A stretch of 64,000 nucleotides of DNA from Bdellovibrionales bacterium (GTDB lineage: Bacteria > Bdellovibrionota > Bdellovibrionia > Bdellovibrionales > UBA1609). Below are positions 8,321 to 18,505 of the stretch, piece by piece (the stretch's first letter is position 1; every line of letters starts with the position of its first letter). The position numbers and the translations under genes were made by a program. The notes beneath the pieces were generated by a model. The model did not search any database and was not told the DNA's origin. It saw only the letters and a list, made by a program, of their open reading frames with translations. The stretch is taken from positions 162,192 to 226,191 of the forward strand of contig CBDBIB010000003.1 in NCBI GenBank assembly GCA_965205945.1, in the 5' to 3' direction.

Positions 8321-9733
8321 TTATTTTACAGGCTCTAGAAATGGAGCCCAATTTCTTGGAGGTTTATCTAGATTTTCATCTTCATAAGCTTCTATCGGAG
8401 GTTCTGGGCCAAGACTTGAGGTTGAATTGTTTAAGAACCTACCTGTGTGTGGATCCCATCTAAGTTTTACGGTTCCTATTGGACCGTTTCGTTGTTTTCC
8501 TACAATAATTTCTGCAGTCCCTGTGGGGTTTTCTTTTTCATAGTAGTCTTCACGATAGATCATCATAATGACATCAGCATCTTGCTCAATTGATCCAGAC
8601 TCACGTAAGTCAGAAAGCATGGGTCGTCTATCAGACCTGCCTTCAACACCACGGTTAAGCTGTGCTAGAGCAAGTACAGGGACATTTAATTCTTTTGCTA
8701 AGGCTTTTAGACCTTTTGAGATTTCAGCCACTTCACGTTCACGAGAATCAAACCTTTGTTTCATGCCCATTAACTGAAGGTAATCAATCATGATTAAATC
8801 TAGTCCGCCTTTTGCTTTAAGTTTTCGAGCTTTAGATCTAATTTCAAAAGGGCTAATTCCAGTTGTGTCATCAATATATAAATTAGAGTCTGCAATTTTT
8901 GCAGCAGTATTAATAATTGCAGGCCAAGTTTTTTCATTTAGCCTGCCTGTTCGGATATTAGATAAACTTACTTTAGACTCAATACCTAAAATTCTCATCA
9001 TTAAAATTTCTTTAGGCATTTCTATAGAGAAATATGCAATAGATTTTTTTTCAACAAAAGCTGCATGACATGCAATATTTAAAGATAATGCAGTTTTACC
9101 CATGGAGGGACGAGCTGCTAGAATTGACATCTCTCCGGGCTGTAGGCCTGAAAGCATTTCATCTAAATCAACAAACCCTGTTGGTATGCCTGTTATGGTG
9201 CCTGGGTTTGCATAGAGTTTTTCAAGTCGCTCTAGACTTAGTTTTACTAGATCAGAAGAGGCCATTAAATTACTATCAGGTGTTTTTAAATTTGAAAGAG
9301 TGAAAACATTAGACTCAGCTTTTTCAAAAAAAGTTTCAACATCCTTAAAATCTCCAGTATAACCAGTTTCTACAATTTCCATTGCAGACTTAATCATCAT
9401 TCGAACAAGAGATTTTTCTTTAATAATATTTGCATATTCTTTTATATGTGTAATCGAGGGTGTGCTATCAATGATTTCAGTAAGGTACTGAATTCCTCCA
9501 ATGGAGTTTATTTCATTTGTAGTTTTTAATTGGTTTGACACCACAATTAGATCTGTTGATTGACCTTTTTTTGTAAGTTCTCTGAGTGTTGAAAATATTT
9601 TTTTATGAGCAGGTTTATAAAAATCGCTGTCCACTATTTGGTCAGCGATTTCATCCCAAGCTTCAGGTGAGAGCATGAGTCCACCTAAAACTGCTTGTTC
9701 TGCTTCTAAGCTATGAGGAGGTATTTTTTCCAT
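8321..9733 (-). CDS. dnaB: replicative DNA helicase DnaB
   Basis: 470 aa. PPHSLEAEQAVLGG, Walker A ARPSMGKT, IMIDYLQLM and SGSIEQDADV. Confidence 0.95.
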   Translation of the reverse strand: MEKIPPHSLEAEQAVLGGLMLSPEAWDEIADQIVDSDFYKPAHKKIFSTLRELTKKGQSTDLIVVSNQLKTTNEINSIGGIQYLTEIIDSTPSITHIKEYANIIKEKSLVRMMIKSAMEIVETGYTGDFKDVETFFEKAESNVFTLSNLKTPDSNLMASSDLVKLSLERLEKLYANPGTITGIPTGFVDLDEMLSGLQPGEMSILAARPSMGKTALSLNIACHAAFVEKKSIAYFSIEMPKEILMMRILGIESKVSLSNIRTGRLNEKTWPAIINTAAKIADSNLYIDDTTGISPFEIRSKARKLKAKGGLDLIMIDYLQLMGMKQRFDSREREVAEISKGLKALAKELNVPVLALAQLNRGVEGRSDRRPMLSDLRESGSIEQDADVIMMIYREDYYEKENPTGTAEIIVGKQRNGPIGTVKLRWDPHTGRFLNNSTSSLGPEPPIEAYEDENLDKPPRNWAPFLEPVK

Positions 9734-9763
9734 TAATTTCTTAGAAGAGTATTTAAAATATTT

Positions 9764-10108
9764 TTAGTTAAGTCTAAGACGACGAGGCTTAATGTTGTAG
9801 TTATCAATTTTCTTTTTAAGAGTGTTTCTATTGATGCCAAGCATTTGCGCAGTTCTTACTTGGTTACCATTGTATGCTTTTAAAGAGAGTTCAATAAGTG
9901 GCTTTTCAACCTGTTCCATTACTAAACCGTATAAGCCGTTAAGCTCAACCCTAGTTTCTTTTTGCTGACGAAAAAGGATTTTTAATTTGCTTCTTACTAA
10001 CTCTTCAAGACTTATCTGAGTTAAGTTTGCAACAAGCATATCACCAGTATTTGATTGTTGAGTTTGTTGTTGTTGACCAGTAGTAAATGTTTCGTTTGTT
10101 GTTTGCAC
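9764..10108 (-). CDS. Fis-family DNA-binding protein
   Basis: 114 aa. C-terminal HTH NGNQVRTAQMLGINRNTLKKKI. Q-rich N-terminus. Confidence 0.7.
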   Translation of the reverse strand: MQTTNETFTTGQQQQTQQSNTGDMLVANLTQISLEELVRSKLKILFRQQKETRVELNGLYGLVMEQVEKPLIELSLKAYNGNQVRTAQMLGINRNTLKKKIDNYNIKPRRLRLN

Positions 10109-10117
10109 GGTTTCTCC

Positions 10118-10759
10118 TCATGTCCCTTTTGTTGTTGTGGCCCAAATTACTTTATGGAGCTGAATTTGCAACCTTATTTTTTGCCCAGACATTAAAATCT
10201 TTTCAGCAAGCCATTTTGTTGAAATTTGTCCATAACAAGGACTAAATAGTATTTTGGTATTTTGGAACATGTGATGTTTTGCGGCAAAGTTAATTGACCA
10301 ATTAAAATCTGCTTCAGAACAGATTACGAACTTGAATTCTGTATTGTTATCACCTAAAAAATGTAAATTTTTTATGCAAAAAGCATTAGATTCACCAGAA
10401 TCAGGAGTTTTAATATCTATGATTTTAAGGACCTTAGAAGGAATTAAAGCGCAATCCAGATCTCCAGAGGTTTCAATAGAGCAATTATAGTCTTTAGCAA
10501 GGAGTTTTTTTATTAATGATATGATGTTTTTTTGCAACAAGGGTTCGCCTCCAGTAAGACAAACTCTTTTACATGGATATTGGGAGATTTTTTTTAAAAT
10601 TTCTTCATCACCCATACGAATTCCATCATGATAAGCATAAGTTGTGTCACAATAACTACATCTAAGATGACATCCTGAGGTACGAATGAATATTGTTGGC
10701 AGACCTGTAAGGCTTGATTCTCCTTGAATAGAGTAAAAAATCTCATTTATTTTAATCAT
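10118..10759 (-). CDS. queE: 7-carboxy-7-deazaguanine synthase (radical SAM)
   Basis: 213 aa. IFYSIQGES and radical-SAM cluster motif CHLRCSYCDT. Confidence 0.85.
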   Translation of the reverse strand: MIKINEIFYSIQGESSLTGLPTIFIRTSGCHLRCSYCDTTYAYHDGIRMGDEEILKKISQYPCKRVCLTGGEPLLQKNIISLIKKLLAKDYNCSIETSGDLDCALIPSKVLKIIDIKTPDSGESNAFCIKNLHFLGDNNTEFKFVICSEADFNWSINFAAKHHMFQNTKILFSPCYGQISTKWLAEKILMSGQKIRLQIQLHKVIWATTTKGT

Positions 10760-10947
10760 TTGGCTTAAAATAGTAGATAGGCCTATTTAAGTGAAGAAAA
10801 ATCTTATAAATATCATAAAATGCCATAAATAAACTCCCATAAGACAGGTGGAGCCACTATTTACTTAGGTGTAAGTAGGAAAGAAAAGCCCCTAGGTTAC
10901 TTAAATATTATGAAATACCTTTTTTAAGGGCTAGAAAAAAGATAGTT

Positions 10948-13236
10948 TTGTTAACAAAAAAAGCTAGAATAGTTACAATTAAAACTGTGAAAGAAAATAC
11001 ATATAAAGCTAAAATTAAAACAGAACTTTTATCTATAAGCTATTTAGCTGCTAGCGGGCTTACAGCGCTATCGTTATTTTCCTATAGTCCTAGTGATTTA
11101 TCTTTTCATTCAAAATCATATAATTGGTCAGAACCAACAAATAATATTTGTGGTTTTTTAGGGTCGTTTTTATCAGATATTTTATATCAATTTTTAGGCT
11201 TAGGAGCATGGGGTGTTGTTTTATTTTTTTTCTGGATGTTTTGGTCAAGAATTAAGGAGATTAAGCCAAGTTCTGAAAAGATTATTTTTTATTTTGTGGG
11301 TTTGTTTAGCTTTTGCCTAGCGTTTGGTTTTTATAAAGATTTTTATCTTTATAACAATTTGATTTTTTCTGGTGGAATGTTGGGAAAAGGGACGTTTCAA
11401 GCAATGTATCCTTTTGTTAGTAGAGGTGGAATTTTTATTTTTATTGGGATTACTATTTTTCTAACAGCCTTGGTTTTTATTGAAAAAACCTTAGTAGAAA
11501 TTTTATGTTCAGATTTTTTTAAGTTTAAATTTAAAAAGAAAGAATTCAGTAGCGAAAGTGAAAATGATTATTTAGAAAAAGCTTTCAAAGATGAATCAAC
11601 TATAGAAGAAAATTTTTTAGAATCAATGAAAGAAAGTGATGGCCCTTCATCGTTTAAAATACCTAAGATTAAACGTCTTTCTCATAAAACAGATGTAAAT
11701 ATACTAAAGGTGCAATCTAATTTAAAGGAAGATCATTGGGAACTTCCTGATTTAGAGTTGTTAGCAAAAGTTCCTAAGGATGAATCATCACAGATAAAAG
11801 ATGAAGAGATTCAAGAAAAAGCAAAATTATTAGTAGCTAAATTAGAGCAGTTTAATGTAAAGGGAAAAATAACAGGTATACACACAGGCCCTACAGTTAC
11901 GCTTTTTGAATTCAAACCAAATGTGAACGTTAAAATTTCTAAAATTACAGAGCTTGCAGATGATTTATCATTAGCTTTAGCAAGTGAATCTGTTCGTATT
12001 ATTGCACCTATTCCAGGAAGAGATGTTGTTGGAATTGAATCATCAAATGCAACAAGAGGAATAGTTTATTTAAAAGAAATCTTAAGTTCACAAGATTTTT
12101 GGGACGAAAGCTTTAAAATCCCTATGGCTTTAGGAAAGAGAGCTGATGGTCACCCCATGGTTGTAGATTTAAGAAAAATGCCTCATTTATTGGTTGCAGG
12201 TTCTACAGGTTCGGGAAAATCTGTTTTTGTTGTTTCAACGATCACAAGTTTATTAATGCGTTATTCTCCTAAAGAGTTAAGACTAATGATGGTGGATCCA
12301 AAACAAGTTGATTTAGCCGCTTTTGAAGGTTTACCACATCTAATCTTGCCTATAATAAAAGACCCTAAAAAAGCAATTTCTTCTCTTCGTTGGGCAATTA
12401 GGGAAATGGATAAAAGATATAGGTCCATGGCACAATTTGGAGCAAGAAATTTAGAAGATTTTAATGGAATTGTTGTAGATCTAGAAGATGAAGAATATCA
12501 AGAGTGTGAGGAAGAAAATAAAAAATTTGAAGAAAAAAGGCAGAAAACAAAAACATATTATTTTAAAAAACTTCCTTATATAGTTATAATTGTTGAAGAG
12601 TTTGGTGATGTGATGGCTGTGGATAAGAATAATGTTGAAACCGCTGTTGTTAGACTTGCTCAAATGGCTAGAGCATGTGGAATACACTTGATTCTTGCCA
12701 TGCAATCACCAAGAAAAGATGTTGTAACAGGCTTAATAAAAACAAATATTCCGGGTAGGATAAGTTTTAAAGTTGCAAGTAAAACAGATTCAAGAATTAT
12801 TTTAGATGAATCTGGTGGAGAAAGACTCCTTGCAAGAGGGGATATGTTATTTTTAGTCCCAGGCATGTTAAAGCCTCTTAGAGCCCATGGTTCTTGGGTT
12901 CCAGAGAATGATGTTTCTAATATAGTTGATCATTGGAAAGAACAAGGAGAGCCGGAATATTTGGTTGAGTTGGAAGATGAAGAGTCTGAGGGCTTAGGGT
13001 ATGGAGAAGGCTTGGATATAGAAGAGCGGTTAGATGATAGGTACGATGAGATTTTAAACTTTGTATCGACTCAAAAAACAGTAAGCGCATCATTATTACA
13101 GAGACGTTTTAGGCTAGGTTATCCGCGCGCAGCACGTTTAATTGAGGATATGGAGTCTCAAGGCGTTGTGGGCTCGACTCAAGGTGGCAAGCCAAGAAAG
13201 GTTCTTATAGAACCATTCTCAGATACAGGTGTATAA
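10948..13236 (+). CDS. ftsK: DNA translocase FtsK
   Basis: 762 aa. N-terminal TM helices, Walker A AGSTGSGKS, GIHLILAMQSP and a C-terminal gamma winged helix (LLQRRFRLGYPRAARLIEDME). Confidence 0.95.
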   Translation: MLTKKARIVTIKTVKENTYKAKIKTELLSISYLAASGLTALSLFSYSPSDLSFHSKSYNWSEPTNNICGFLGSFLSDILYQFLGLGAWGVVLFFFWMFWSRIKEIKPSSEKIIFYFVGLFSFCLAFGFYKDFYLYNNLIFSGGMLGKGTFQAMYPFVSRGGIFIFIGITIFLTALVFIEKTLVEILCSDFFKFKFKKKEFSSESENDYLEKAFKDESTIEENFLESMKESDGPSSFKIPKIKRLSHKTDVNILKVQSNLKEDHWELPDLELLAKVPKDESSQIKDEEIQEKAKLLVAKLEQFNVKGKITGIHTGPTVTLFEFKPNVNVKISKITELADDLSLALASESVRIIAPIPGRDVVGIESSNATRGIVYLKEILSSQDFWDESFKIPMALGKRADGHPMVVDLRKMPHLLVAGSTGSGKSVFVVSTITSLLMRYSPKELRLMMVDPKQVDLAAFEGLPHLILPIIKDPKKAISSLRWAIREMDKRYRSMAQFGARNLEDFNGIVVDLEDEEYQECEEENKKFEEKRQKTKTYYFKKLPYIVIIVEEFGDVMAVDKNNVETAVVRLAQMARACGIHLILAMQSPRKDVVTGLIKTNIPGRISFKVASKTDSRIILDESGGERLLARGDMLFLVPGMLKPLRAHGSWVPENDVSNIVDHWKEQGEPEYLVELEDEESEGLGYGEGLDIEERLDDRYDEILNFVSTQKTVSASLLQRRFRLGYPRAARLIEDMESQGVVGSTQGGKPRKVLIEPFSDTGV

Positions 13237-13284
13237 AATAGAAACTCTTGACCAGAAGGGTGTTTAGGATGTTTTTATAAGAAC

Positions 13285-13458
13285 ATGAAATATATATTAA
13301 TATGTATCGTAGTAGTTTATTTTTTTGGTTGTGGTGTTAAAGGAGCTCCTATGCCAAGAAAAGATAAGGTGTTTATTAAGCCTTCAGAAGTTAAAAAGAC
13401 TTTAATAAAAATTAAAGATGTAAAACAAGAACCTATTAAAAAGAAAGAAAAAAAGTAA
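13285..13458 (+). CDS. small lipoprotein, LptM/YifL-like (not in supplied ORF track)
   Basis: 57-aa ORF MKYILICIVVVYFFGCGVKGAPMP... The GCGxKG lipobox pattern matches the LptM-type lipoprotein attachment motif. Its TAATG stop overlaps the dapA start. Confidence 0.5.
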   Translation: MKYILICIVVVYFFGCGVKGAPMPRKDKVFIKPSEVKKTLIKIKDVKQEPIKKKEKK

Positions 13459-14321
13459 TGGCGGTAACTGGTGGAATGATTACAGCACTAATCACACCAT
13501 TTAATGATGATAATCAAGTTGATTTTACATCATTAAAAAAACTTGTTAGAAAACAAGTTAAAGATGGTGTTGATGGATTTGTTGTTTCTGGAACAACAGC
13601 TGAAAGCCCTAATTTATCTGAAAAAGAAGTGGAATCAATTTTTAAGGTTGTTAAAGAAAACAGTCCAAAAGGATTTCAAATTATTTTAGGAGTCGGGACA
13701 AACTCTACTAAAGAGACTGTGGATAAGATAAAAGCCTTTAAGCACCTAGATCCGTCAGGCTATTTAATTGTAGTGCCGTATTATAATAAGCCAAGCCAAG
13801 AAGGAATGATTGAGCATTTTAAGGTTGTTGCAAAAGCTACAACAAAAGATATAGTTTTATATGATATTCCTGCAAGGTCGGTTGTAGAATTAGAGATTCA
13901 AACTATTCAAGAGCTTTCAAAAGTTTCAAATATTATTGGTATTAAGGATGCTACGGGAAAAATTTCAAAGCTAAGAGATTTAAAGGCTTCAGGAAAAATT
14001 TTAAAAGATTTTATTTTTATGTCTGGAGACGATGGTTCAACTTGTGAGTTTATTAAAGAAGGTGGACAGGGTGTTATATCAGTTTTATCTCATGTAATTC
14101 CAAAAGAGTTTAAGAAATGTATGATGGGAAAGGATGATTTTTCTAAATATGCAAATTTGTGTAATCTTTTATTCATAGAACCGAACCCAACACCAGTGAA
14201 ATTTGCGTTAAAAGAGTTAGGTGTAATTGCTCATGATGGTCTTAGGCTGCCGCTTTTACGGATTACTAATGAAACTGCATTTAAAGTCCAAGTTGAACTT
14301 AAAGCTTTAGGGGTTTTGTAA
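13458..14321 (+). CDS. dapA: 4-hydroxy-tetrahydrodipicolinate synthase
   Basis: 287 aa. ITALITPF, VVSGTTAESP, VVPYYNKP and IIGIKDATG. Confidence 0.9.
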   Translation: MAVTGGMITALITPFNDDNQVDFTSLKKLVRKQVKDGVDGFVVSGTTAESPNLSEKEVESIFKVVKENSPKGFQIILGVGTNSTKETVDKIKAFKHLDPSGYLIVVPYYNKPSQEGMIEHFKVVAKATTKDIVLYDIPARSVVELEIQTIQELSKVSNIIGIKDATGKISKLRDLKASGKILKDFIFMSGDDGSTCEFIKEGGQGVISVLSHVIPKEFKKCMMGKDDFSKYANLCNLLFIEPNPTPVKFALKELGVIAHDGLRLPLLRITNETAFKVQVELKALGVL

Positions 14322-15007
14322 TGTTAAGAGTAGGGGTTTGCGGTTCAAGTGGTCGTATGGGAATGGCTGTTAAAGAACAGATTATAAAAGAGAGTGATAG
14401 ATTTGATTACGTTTTAGGGTTTGCGAGCAAAAAATCTGATGAAAAAACATTGCTCAGTTTAAACGACTGGTCGCCAGATTTAATTGATGCTGTCATAGAT
14501 TTTTCCCTACCAGATTCATTTAAAAAAGTTTTTAAATGGTGCTCAAAATATGAGAAACCACTAGTTAGCGGAACTACAGGTTTTGATTTAAAGGAGTATA
14601 AGAAAAGAGCAAATTTTTTATTTATGCATTCTGGTAACTACAGTCTTGGTGTTGCAGGGCTTATTAAAAGCATTGAGAGTTTTAAAAATATAAGTCCAAA
14701 TGCTCAGATCTGGGTTGAGGATTATCATCATTTAAACAAGTTAGATTCACCAAGTGGGACTGCTATTAAAATAAAGAGTAAGATTCAAAAGTCTTTTAGT
14801 AGACAAGATGTTGAAATAAATACGGTAAGAGCAGGTTTGATTTTTGGGATTCATAGTATTCATATTGTTACAGACCAGGAGTGGGTAACGTTAACTCACA
14901 AGGCTTTAAATAGGGAAGTTTTTGCACAGGGTGCTTTAAATGCGTTAGAATGGCTTGTTAGACAAAAAACGGGGGTTTATACCTTTAAAGATTTTTTAGG
15001 GTTTTAA
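14321..15007 (+). CDS. dapB: 4-hydroxy-tetrahydrodipicolinate reductase
   Basis: 228 aa. Rossmann start VGVCGSSGRMG, then EDYHHLNKLDSPSGTA. 1-nt overlap with dapA. Confidence 0.85.
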   Translation: MLRVGVCGSSGRMGMAVKEQIIKESDRFDYVLGFASKKSDEKTLLSLNDWSPDLIDAVIDFSLPDSFKKVFKWCSKYEKPLVSGTTGFDLKEYKKRANFLFMHSGNYSLGVAGLIKSIESFKNISPNAQIWVEDYHHLNKLDSPSGTAIKIKSKIQKSFSRQDVEINTVRAGLIFGIHSIHIVTDQEWVTLTHKALNREVFAQGALNALEWLVRQKTGVYTFKDFLGF

Positions 15008-15026
15008 TTTAATATAAAGGAAGGGT

Positions 15027-15671
15027 ATGAAATTTTTTATTGATACAAGCAACATTAGAGAGATTAAAGAAGCGGCAACTTATGGCTGGGTTGATGGTGT
15101 GACTACAAATCCAAGTTTAGTTGCTCAATCTGGAAAAGACTTTAAAACTTTAATTGCTGAAATCTGTGACCTTATTAAAGGGCCGGTTTCAGCAGAGGTT
15201 TTAGCAACAGATTTAAAGGGAATGATTAAAGAGGGGGAGGAGCTTTCAAAAATTGCAAAAAATGTTGTTATTAAACTTCCTTTAACTTTAGAAGGGCTTA
15301 AGGCAACAAGGCATTTTGCTGAAAAAGGAATTCAAACAAATATAACTTTGTGCTTTCAGCCTGTGCAAGCTTTGTTAGCCGCTAAAGCTGGAGCAACAAT
15401 GGTTTCTCCATTTATAGGAAGACTTGATGATATTGGAGTATCAGGGTTAGGGGTGGTCAGTGAAATCAGGCAGATTTTTGATAATTATGGGTATGAAACA
15501 AAAATTCTTGCAGCAAGTATTAGACACCCCATGCATGTTTTAGAGGCCGCTTTAACTGCTGCAGACATAGTAACATTGCCATTTAAAACAATTGCTCAAT
15601 TGGTTAGGCATCCATTAACAGACTTAGGCCTTAAGCAGTTTATTAAGGATGGGGCGATGTTAAAAATATGA
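15027..15671 (+). CDS. tal: transaldolase / fructose-6-phosphate aldolase (short type 3B)
   Basis: 214 aa. [20 protein letters not shown] and [10 protein letters not shown]. Confidence 0.85.
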   Translation: MKFFIDTSNIREIKEAATYGWVDGVTTNPSLVAQSGKDFKTLIAEICDLIKGPVSAEVLATDLKGMIKEGEELSKIAKNVVIKLPLTLEGLKATRHFAEKGIQTNITLCFQPVQALLAAKAGATMVSPFIGRLDDIGVSGLGVVSEIRQIFDNYGYETKILAASIRHPMHVLEAALTAADIVTLPFKTIAQLVRHPLTDLGLKQFIKDGAMLKI

Positions 15672-16130
15672 TTATCCAGGTATTTAAAATAACAACGCTG
15701 CTTTTAATGTTAGGCTTTAATTCGTGTATAAGTACAATGACGAGTAGGTTAATAGATCTTGACTACTCAGTTATTTCTATTCAAAAAGGAATTAAGGCAG
15801 CCTTTCCCATAGGCTTTAAAACAGTATCTGTTAATGGTAGGGTCTTTGAAAGCTATCCATTTATACGAGATGGAAGAAAGTTTAAAGAATGCATCTGTTG
15901 AACGAGAAAGAGGTCGAGCTATTATTGATATTCGTGGAGTAGCTAGACCTTATACTGTTGAAGTTACAGTTAGAATAGAAGCAGCAGCAAATCCAAATTC
16001 TATTCAAAAAGATTTTATAGTTGTTGGCTACGATGATGTGATAGCTAAAATATTTTTGGCTAGGCTTAAGGCTTATCTCCAGAAGTCTAAGAAAAATAGT
16101 AATGTTATTGACGACTTTAGGGTGTATTAA
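15668..16130 (+). pseudogene. putative lipoprotein gene split by a +1 frame change
   Basis: Two overlapping ORFs (15668-15901 and 15834-16130) sit in frames one apart, and the second frame is open from 15813. The first starts with a signal/lipobox-like LLMLGFNSC and overlaps the tal stop by 4 nt. Confidence 0.4.
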
Positions 16131-16144
16131 GCTAGAATATCCAC

Positions 16145-18098
16145 ATGAATGGATATCTATTTTTTGTGATTTCAATATTTTTTCTGGTAGTTATTTCTCC
16201 ACGTCAAGGCACAAATGTTCGAAGATTATTTTTATCAACAGATAAAATAGCTGCAGATAGAACTTCACCGGCATTTTCTGCAATAGAAGATGCCTTTATA
16301 ATTAAAGAACTTTTAGATCATCAAGCGCCAAAAAAAGAAAAAAAAATGGATTTAAAAGGAATAAAGCTTTCATTAAATCAAAAACCTTTTAACTTAGAAA
16401 AAGTAGATTTAAGAGGTGAACTTATAGAAGTTGCTCATTTTACGAATAAATTTATTGCTAATAAAATTGTTAATAAAAATATAGAGCTAGCTTTAAATGG
16501 TTTAGCAACTAAAAATATTTTTGTCGGGAAAAAATCTAGAATAATACCTTCCCAGGTAAAGGCTTATAGCTTAGCAAACTCAATGAGTAATACGGTAAAG
16601 CTTTTTCCTGATAAAGTTAAGGTTTTAAAAGATGAACAGGTTATTTTAAGTAAAGCTGTCTTGGCAGATTATACAGCGAATATAATAACTGGAAGTATTT
16701 TTTTAGAAGGTGAGGGGAATTTTTTTGGTGATGATTTTTATTATTATATAAATAGAAATTTAGATGGTAGAATTTATGAAAGTGGTGTTGTTGATGCTGA
16801 GCAAAATGTATTTAAAATGGAAATTGGCGCAGTTAAGGGAATTTTATCTGTGGAGTTAAGGTCAGAAAAAGGGGATGTGCTTGCCTATGGTGAGCATATT
16901 TTAAATGATGTAGAACAAGATCTAGAAAACTTAAATATTCAAATTTTTCCTTCAAAAAACCTTTTTAACAGGTAGGGTTTTAAGCTTATCTGAATCTGTA
17001 GAGGGAAAAGAACAAGCTGTACGGATATCTGAAAAAAAAGTAGAGGGAGTTTTAGGTAGTTTAAAAGTAGGCGAAGAAGGTTATTTTAACAAAGAGATTT
17101 TTGAAAAAGGGTCTTCTTTTATAGTAGAAACAAAATCTAAAAATTATTGGTCGGATTTAAATTTTGGTGTTGCTGGAAGACCGTTATACCCAAGGCTTAT
17201 TAAAAAAGGGATTTTTAAAAACTTTGCTAAAACACTAGATCCTTTTGGAGAAGATATAAAAATTCACTCAGCAATTGTTGGAAGTGTTACACAAAAAGGC
17301 CTTGCACAGGAAAATATTAAGATAATACTTTTTAAGAATGAATATCAAAAGCCAATTTACTTTAATCCTAATGGATCGGCTAATCCAAGCTTAGTAAAGA
17401 CAACTAAAAATGGTGGATTTATCTTTACAAATATTCCTAAGGGGGCTTACTTGGTGCAAGCCATTAGAGGTTCTAAGGTGGTAGCTCAAAAATGGTATCT
17501 TGTAAGAGAGGGACGAATTTCACAGGGACAGCTTAATATTAAACCCAATCCTGTGTTAATAGCTTCGGGTGAAAGTTTTCCTAGAAATAAAAATGAGGAA
17601 AATTTTATGCTATATGAAATTGGTATAGATAAAGATTTTACTTTAAAATCTAATAATGAGATTCAAGTAAAAACATTTACAAATCCAGAACTATTATCAT
17701 TGAGCATAGAAAAATCAGAACAGCATGCTGATCATATATATTTAACATCTGCTAAAACTAGAAAGAAAAGATTTAAAGTTGTTAAAAATGAATGGCTAAA
17801 TAAATTCTTAAATAATAGGCGATCTAATGCAAACAGAGCAATGGGCTTTGTGATTGGATTTATTGAGCAAAATAATTTTAAGGTTGTTAAAGAAACAACG
17901 ACTGCGTTGTCGTTAGAATCACAAATTTTTTATTTTGATAAATATGGCAACGCCACACAAAGTGGTCTTATTGGTGGCGGTTTTATTATTACAGAGGCTT
18001 TAAAAGGGTTTAAATCTGTGGTGGTTTCTATAAAAGGAAGAGATACATTTTTAAACAAAGTTGTCATGTCTAAGCCATACTCAATAGCAATATTTTAA
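16145..18098 (+). pseudogene. large secreted/envelope protein gene split by a +1 frame change near 16935-16975
   Basis: The ORF 16145-16975 ends at TAG. The +1 frame is open from 16935 through 18098 with no start codon until a TTG at 17451. That region encodes a carboxypeptidase-regulatory-like beta-sandwich motif NGGFIFTNIPKGAYLVQA. Homopolymers A6 and T5 lie in the overlap. Confidence 0.5.
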
Positions 18099-18505
18099 TT
18101 GTTTAAAATATATTTTTTAGCTTTGTTAATTTGATCTTGTTCACCAATTTTATAGGTTCCAACATTAGAGATAGTGTGTCCATTTTCGTCAATGCCCTTA
18201 ATGATAGCTACAAGATAAGTGTAGAGTTCAGGGTTTTCTGGTGCTAAAAAGCTTAAAGATCCTGAATTATTTATGTCTTTTAAAAAAAGTTTAGTTTTTT
18301 CTTTTTTATGATTAACAGCAAGAACTTTAATACGAACATTGGTATGCTTAAGGGGATCGATTTTAAAATCAATTTTATTAATGTCTTTAAAAGAAATAAA
18401 AATAGCTTTTTGAAGTTTCATAGTGTAATGAGTTTTTAAAGATTCTTTTTTTATAGAGCAAGAGGTGAGAAAAAAGATACTTAAGAATAAAAATTCATAC
18501 TTCAT
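18095..18505 (-). CDS. lipoprotein, unknown function
   Basis: 136 aa. Signal peptide plus lipobox FFLTSCS. Immediately follows the 18506-20302 gene with a zero-nt gap. Confidence 0.55.
   Translation of the reverse strand: MKYEFLFLSIFFLTSCSIKKESLKTHYTMKLQKAIFISFKDINKIDFKIDPLKHTNVRIKVLAVNHKKEKTKLFLKDINNSGSLSFLAPENPELYTYLVAIIKGIDENGHTISNVGTYKIGEQDQINKAKKYILNN

Noticed and set aside
10760-10947. Possible preQ1 riboswitch upstream of queE
   Set aside because: Reading the minus strand, I could not find the compact hairpin plus A-rich tail characteristic of preQ1-I/II. This needs a covariance-model scan to be sure.
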